Assembly (NCBI RefSeq): GCF_006345805.1
Contig: NC_043000.1
Location: 114,328,001 to 114,392,000 of the forward strand
Source: Octopus sinensis
Lineage: Eukaryota
Length of the DNA stretch: 64,000 nucleotides
Direction of reading: 5' to 3'
Shown here: in pieces, positions 59,500 to 64,000 of the stretch
Numbering within the stretch: the stretch's first letter is position 1
Layout of the letters: the number at the start of each line of letters is the position of its first letter
The notes under the pieces: generated by a model
What the model saw: the letters and a program-made list of their open reading frames with translations, nothing else
Database searches by the model: none
Told to the model about the DNA's origin: nothing
Made by a program: the position numbers and the translations under genes

Positions 59500-59900
59500 T
59501 CTGATGCTTCGTACAATATCCTCCATGCCAACAGAGGTCACCACTAATTCCTTTGTTGTCTGTGACTCTGAACCAGCTGACTCTACATCACCATCATCAC
59601 TCAAACCCCATTTGATGCACCTAACTATTCCAAACACACACACAGAGTATCTCACTCTTCCTCGTAGACTGTGTACAAAGCACACTTTGCCAAACATTTC
59701 CTCAAATTCTATATTCCTCTGGAGATCTCTTCCTAAACATGTTTTTCTCCAATCATAAAACGAACATTAATCATCCCAGAATCACCCTGTTGATTCTATA
59801 CCTTACATTTACTATCTTCAACTCTTCCAGTTATTTATATACCCCCTACATAAATCACCCTCATCTTCCCCTGTTGATAAGATGTTACACTAATTATCTA
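59500..59900 (+). mobile_element. Decayed CR1/L2-group LINE 3' end
   Basis: EYLTLPRRLCTKHTLPNISSNSIFLWRSLPKHVF resembles V.LP..RT..Y..SFF.RT..LWNSLP..VF. Confidence 0.45.
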
Positions 59901-60189
59901 AGAGTTCTCTGCTCATATTTATATTAAACTTTTTTTCTTTAAGGCTTTTGGTACATGTCTGCTGAAATAGAATACCAGATTACCTGGACATGTTCTACGT
60001 GAGAGAATAGGTCCAGGGTAGGATGTCTATCTTTTACTAACACTACAAAGCTATCTTTTACTAACACTAACACTACAAAGCTAGAGGCTAAAAACACTCT
60101 TGGATGCATTTCTCCTACAGATCTCTTATTCAGAAAGTTAGAAAAAAGACTAAGAGCCCCTAAACCACTAAAGAATCGGATTCTTTACA

Positions 60190-60541
60190 GAGCTCTCCTC
60201 ACTCATGAGTTTACCGCCAAAAGCAACATGGTATCACTTCCAAACCTGCCCTATTCACCAGATTTAGTATCTGTGGGCTTCCATCTCTTCCCCAAGATGA
60301 AAATGCAGCTCAAAGGCCACCATTTTGACACTATTGTTGAGATCAAGAATGAATTGCAGAAGGTCCTCGACCCACTTACAGAAAACGACCTCCAGGCCAG
60401 GTTCTAAATGTGACAGCAACACCGGGACTGATGTATTGCTACGCAAGGTGACTATTTCGAAGGAGCAGGTGTTAAAACTTGGGTAAATAAGTTATTTTTT
60501 ATTAAACATAACTAGTCCAGGAACCTTTTGATACTATCTCG
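60190..60541 (+). mobile_element. Mariner 3' fragment with right TIR
   Basis: NMVSLPNLPYSPDLVSVGFHLFPKMKMQLKGHHFDTIVEIK...CIATQGDYFEG, then the TIR AGTCCAGGAACCTTTTGATACTATCTCG and TA (60542-60543). Confidence 0.85.
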
Positions 60542-60676
60542 TATTTCAACAAAAATGGTAACACAAAGATTAAGTGTTTACAGAGGGATTTGGCTGCAAA
60601 TTTTCCTTGGAGAACTAGCAAGCACGTAGAGGCTCTCTCATTGACTCATACTCCAATTAGTGAAGTTGCTCACTGT

Positions 60677-60714
<38 letters not shown>

Positions 60715-61245
60715 GTTGGGCCAGCTGGAGCAGCTATCTTGAAACTTTCACAACTTGTCAGAAAGACTGACAAGACAACTGTTTTACTGAATTACAGTAA
60801 AACAACACCACTAGATGACAACATATCTCTTCCTATCATTGTTCATAGAAATAACAACAACAGGCATCGTTTCTATGGGGTTTCTCTTTTGTTCTACTCC
60901 CACCATCACCACCACCACCATCCCTGAGAGAGGCAGTGAGGAGAGATAGGGAGAGAATGAGCGTATGTATGGAATCTAAAAATATTACATTCCTCCTTTA
61001 TATTTTTAATCTCTCGCCATCAGCAGCAGTCTAGAAACGTGAAAAGAGGGAAAATAGTCACCATTCTTACATGGGAGGTCAAGTAGCAGAAATGTTTGAG
61101 AACTGGTTGCTACTGATGATGGCAATGAGGAGAAGGAGGAGGAGAACATGAGATTACTACAAGGCCGAAAAAGAGAATGATGGATTTCCAAAGAGTAAAA
61201 CAAATTTAATTGACACCATAGAGATATAATGATCATGTGAGTACA

Positions 61246-61305
61246 CAGTTCTATATTTAAGAGATGAGGAATTATGTACATTATTTACACAAATGTAAAT
61301 AATGT
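61246..61305 (-). mobile_element. 3'-terminal remnant of the tRNA-hammerhead family with a short inversion
   Basis: CAGTTCTATATTTAAGAGATGAGGAATTAT matches 8458-8487. It is followed by ACATTATTTACA-CAAA-TGTAAATAATGT. Confidence 0.6.
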
Positions 61306-61549
61306 TAGAGTACAGTATAGAGTTTGCCCACCTTCAAAATAACCCAGTAGTATAGGTAGGATTATTATATACTTCAAACCCTAAATTTGTATATCACCTG
61401 AGGAGACACAACTAGATCTCATTGTGCAGATTAACATTTGCATAATCAAATACCTGTATTCTTGAAGAACTACCTCGTGTCGAAACAAATGTAGCAAATA
61501 ATAAACAAATGTCCAACCATATTCCCTCTTCCTGACTCCAATTTCTTCA

Positions 61550-61610
<61 letters not shown>

Positions 61611-61619
61611 CAAACCAAA

Positions 61620-61960
61620 CCAGCCTTCAACAACAAAGATCTTAACAAAAATTATGGTTTATAATGCTGTTGTCATTTCAACTTTGCTATATGGCTGTAG
61701 AACCTGGACTCTATATTGTTGCAACATCCAAAACTTAGAATGCTTTCACCAACAAAAAGCTTCATTTGATCTTGAGCATCGAATGGGAACAGTATATGAC
61801 CAACAACAAGGTCCTGGAGGGAGCCAACAGGCAAAGTATCAAATCGCTGATCATGAAACACTGCCTTCAATGGTCAGGACATGTAGCAAGAATTGAAGAG
61901 TCAAGGTTCCCAGGCCAAGTCTTCTTATTCAGTGAGCTCACGTCAGGAAACTGTTTGAAA
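61620..61960 (+). mobile_element. Decayed RTE-clade LINE RT C-terminal fragment
   Basis: TKIMVYNAVVISTLLYGCRTWTLY....QNLECFHQ / ILSIEWEQYMTNNKVLE.AN..SIKSLIMKHCLQWSGHVARIEESRFPGQVFLFSEL..G is the RTE/BovB pattern. Confidence 0.85.
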
Positions 61961-62234
61961 CCCAAGCCTGAGACCATAGCAAGTGGAGGTGTTCCGTCAC
62001 CATTGGAACTAAAAAATTTGAAGCTGCCACAAGAGAAAAGGAAGAAATCAAATGAGAGGAGAGAAAGGCTCAATGAAATCACTTCGTCCTTCACCAACAT
62101 TGCTGTACAATCAATGCCATCAACTCTTCTATGCAAGAATTGGTCGAGAGAGACATCAATGGTATCACCATAAAGGAAGCATTCAGTAAAGAAGAAAAAA
62201 AATACATGGATTTTGAGATAAAGTTGCTGCTGCC

Positions 62235-62770
62235 AATTCGTATGTATCTATGTGTGTGTGTGTCTTGTTTGTCCCCCACCACTGCTTGACAACAGTGTTG
62301 GTGTGTTTACATCCCGGTTTCTCGAGCCATGCCTGGCTCATAAGGGCCAGTTTCCCAGTTTCCTTGGCGTATAGGTTCCCCACCAGGATGGGACGCCGGT
62401 CCGTCGCAGGTGAGCTGCAAGATGCAGGAGGAAAGAGTAAGAGAAAGTTGTGGCGAAAGAGTCAGCAGAATTTTGCCATTACCTTCCACCGGAGCCACGT
62501 GGAGCTTAGGTGTTTTGCTCATAAACACACACATCGCCCGGTCTGAGATTCGAACCCATGATCCCTCAATTGCGAGTCCGCTACTCTAACCACTAGGCCA
62601 TATTTACATCCCCATAACTTGGTAGTTCATCAAGAGACCAGCAGAATAAATTACCAGATTTAAAATTAATAAAAAAAGTACTGGGATACTGGAAGCAATT
62701 TATTCGATGAAAATTCTCCAGGGTGGAGCTCCAGTATGGCCACAGTCAAATGAGTGAAATAAGTAAATGG
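62235..62770 (+). mobile_element. CORE-SINE 3' half, interrupted by a family D SINE
   Basis: TTTGTCCCCACCACTGCTTGACAAC.GTGTTGGTGTGTTTACATCCC | CATAACTT...GCTCCAGTATGGCCACAGTCAAATGA. Confidence 0.75.
62316..62602 (-). mobile_element. tRNA-SINE family D, 10-bp TSD
   Basis: TTTACATCCC at 62306-62315 and 62603-62612. The body is homologous to 14483-14787. Confidence 0.88.
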
Positions 62771-63529
62771 TAATATCAAATCTGTTCGGGGGTTTGAACG
62801 GAGAAAAGGTAGACAGGAGACATCACAACAGAGGCAACCAACCTCACTAACAATCCCCTACTACTGCTACTGCTGCTACTGAATATTTACAAATAAAAAT
62901 TAAATGCTATTTATAGAAAACAATTAAGACTTTCATTAACAATTGGGTAATTTAGAGACTGTTCAACAATACCGATGATGGATCTCTATCTCAACGACAA
63001 CAACAACAACAGCAGCAGTATCAACAACAACAAATCGGAAAACATTGAATCTCTCACATTACAATCACAACACAAGATCTTATTTTTAAATGGTAAAAAT
63101 AAGACAATGCTGATATAATAGGTGTGGTTATGGTGGTGGTGGTGGTTGTGGTGGTTATGGTGGTGGTGGTGGCAGAAGAATGGTGTGGTGGTGGTGGTAG
63201 CCTTTGGCGGTGATGATGAAAGTATGATAATGGTTGTGAGGGTGAGGGTGGTGTTGTGAGGATGCAGACAATGAGATAAGGTGGTATGGGTAGTAGCAGT
63301 AATGGTGATGATGAGAGAATGATAGCACAGTGATGGTGTAGACAAAGCGAGATAAGATGGGTGGTAGCGATGGTGTTTGGAGCATTGTTTGGTGGTGGTA
63401 TATAGGTGATGTAGAGAAGGTGAGTTGTGATGATGATGGTGAAATGGTATTCGGGATAGAATAATTTATTTCATAACAGAAAAGTACAACTTGAATGTGA
63501 TGAGAACACTTAAAATGAACTGATTATGT

Positions 63530-64000
63530 AGAGAGAGAGAGAGTTGCATGGGAGAGAGAGGTGCATGGGAGAGAGAGGTGCATGGGAGAAAAGAGGTGCA
63601 TGGGAGAGAGAGGTGCATGGGAGAGAGAGGTGCATGGGAGAGAGAGTTGCATGGGAAGAGAGTTGCATGAGAGAGAGAGTTGCATGGGAGAGAGAGAGAG
63701 ACAGAGAGAGTTGCATGGGAGAGAGAGAGACAGAGAGAGTTGCATGGGAGAGAGAGAGACAGAGAGAGTTGCATGGGAGGGAGGGAGAGAGAGAGAAAGT
63801 GAGAGAGTTGCATAGGAGAGAAAGAGAGAGTTGCAAGGGGGAGAGAGAGTTGCAAGGGGAGAGAGAGACAGAGAGAGTTGCTTGGGGGGGAGAAAGACAG
63901 AGAGTTACATGGGAGAGAGAGAGAGAGAGTTGCATGGGAGAGAGAGAGAGAGTTGCATAGGAGAGAAAGAGAGAGAGTTGCATGGGGGAGAGAGTTGCAT
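63530..64000. repeat. GA-rich minisatellite, unit about GAGAGAGTTGCATGGGA with a variable (GA)n run, continuing off the window end
   Basis: More than 20 recurrences of (G/T)TGCA(T/A)GGG. The overlapping ORFs are artefacts. Confidence 0.92.

Noticed and set aside
18844-64000. LRCH exon 1 or an alternative promoter/first exon
   Set aside because: Scanning the non-repetitive stretches by eye found no L..A..TG.L.L..RKL..FP-like coding segment or CpG-rich promoter. It is presumed to lie beyond the window.

Overview
AT-rich, microsatellite-dense metazoan DNA. The SINE families and simple-repeat content look like an octopus (coleoid cephalopod) genome; this is pattern recognition, not a database result. 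I found only one host protein-coding exon, which the ORF track misses: a 145-bp minus-strand exon (18699-18843) with canonical splice sites, encoding leucine-rich repeats that match exon 2 of an LRCH-family gene. The window therefore appears to be that gene's two flanking introns (>45 kb on the right, >18 kb on the left). These are packed with mobile DNA: Meta-domain and CORE tRNA-SINEs, decayed non-LTR retrotransposons (HERO-like, R4/Dong, RTE, CR1/L2-like), mariner derivatives, hAT-, piggyBac- and Merlin-like MITEs, a Helitron and a DINE/Helentron-like element. The most notable items are: (i) a dispersed element joining a tRNA-type Pol III head to a minimal Penelope-type hammerhead ribozyme, with two copies whose different mutations reconstruct an intact core; (ii) a second hammerhead-variant family; (iii) a 382-bp foldback made of two head-to-head tRNA-like units; (iv) a mariner with two left ends and a nested hAT MITE; (v) a Helitron with a perfect 24-bp palindrome; (vi) a 19-bp minisatellite whose unexpanded paralog lies 1.9 kb away. 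There is no CRISPR array, rRNA or convincing true tRNA gene. Nearly all ORFs in the supplied track are artefacts of repeats or of AUG/GUG/UUG starts.
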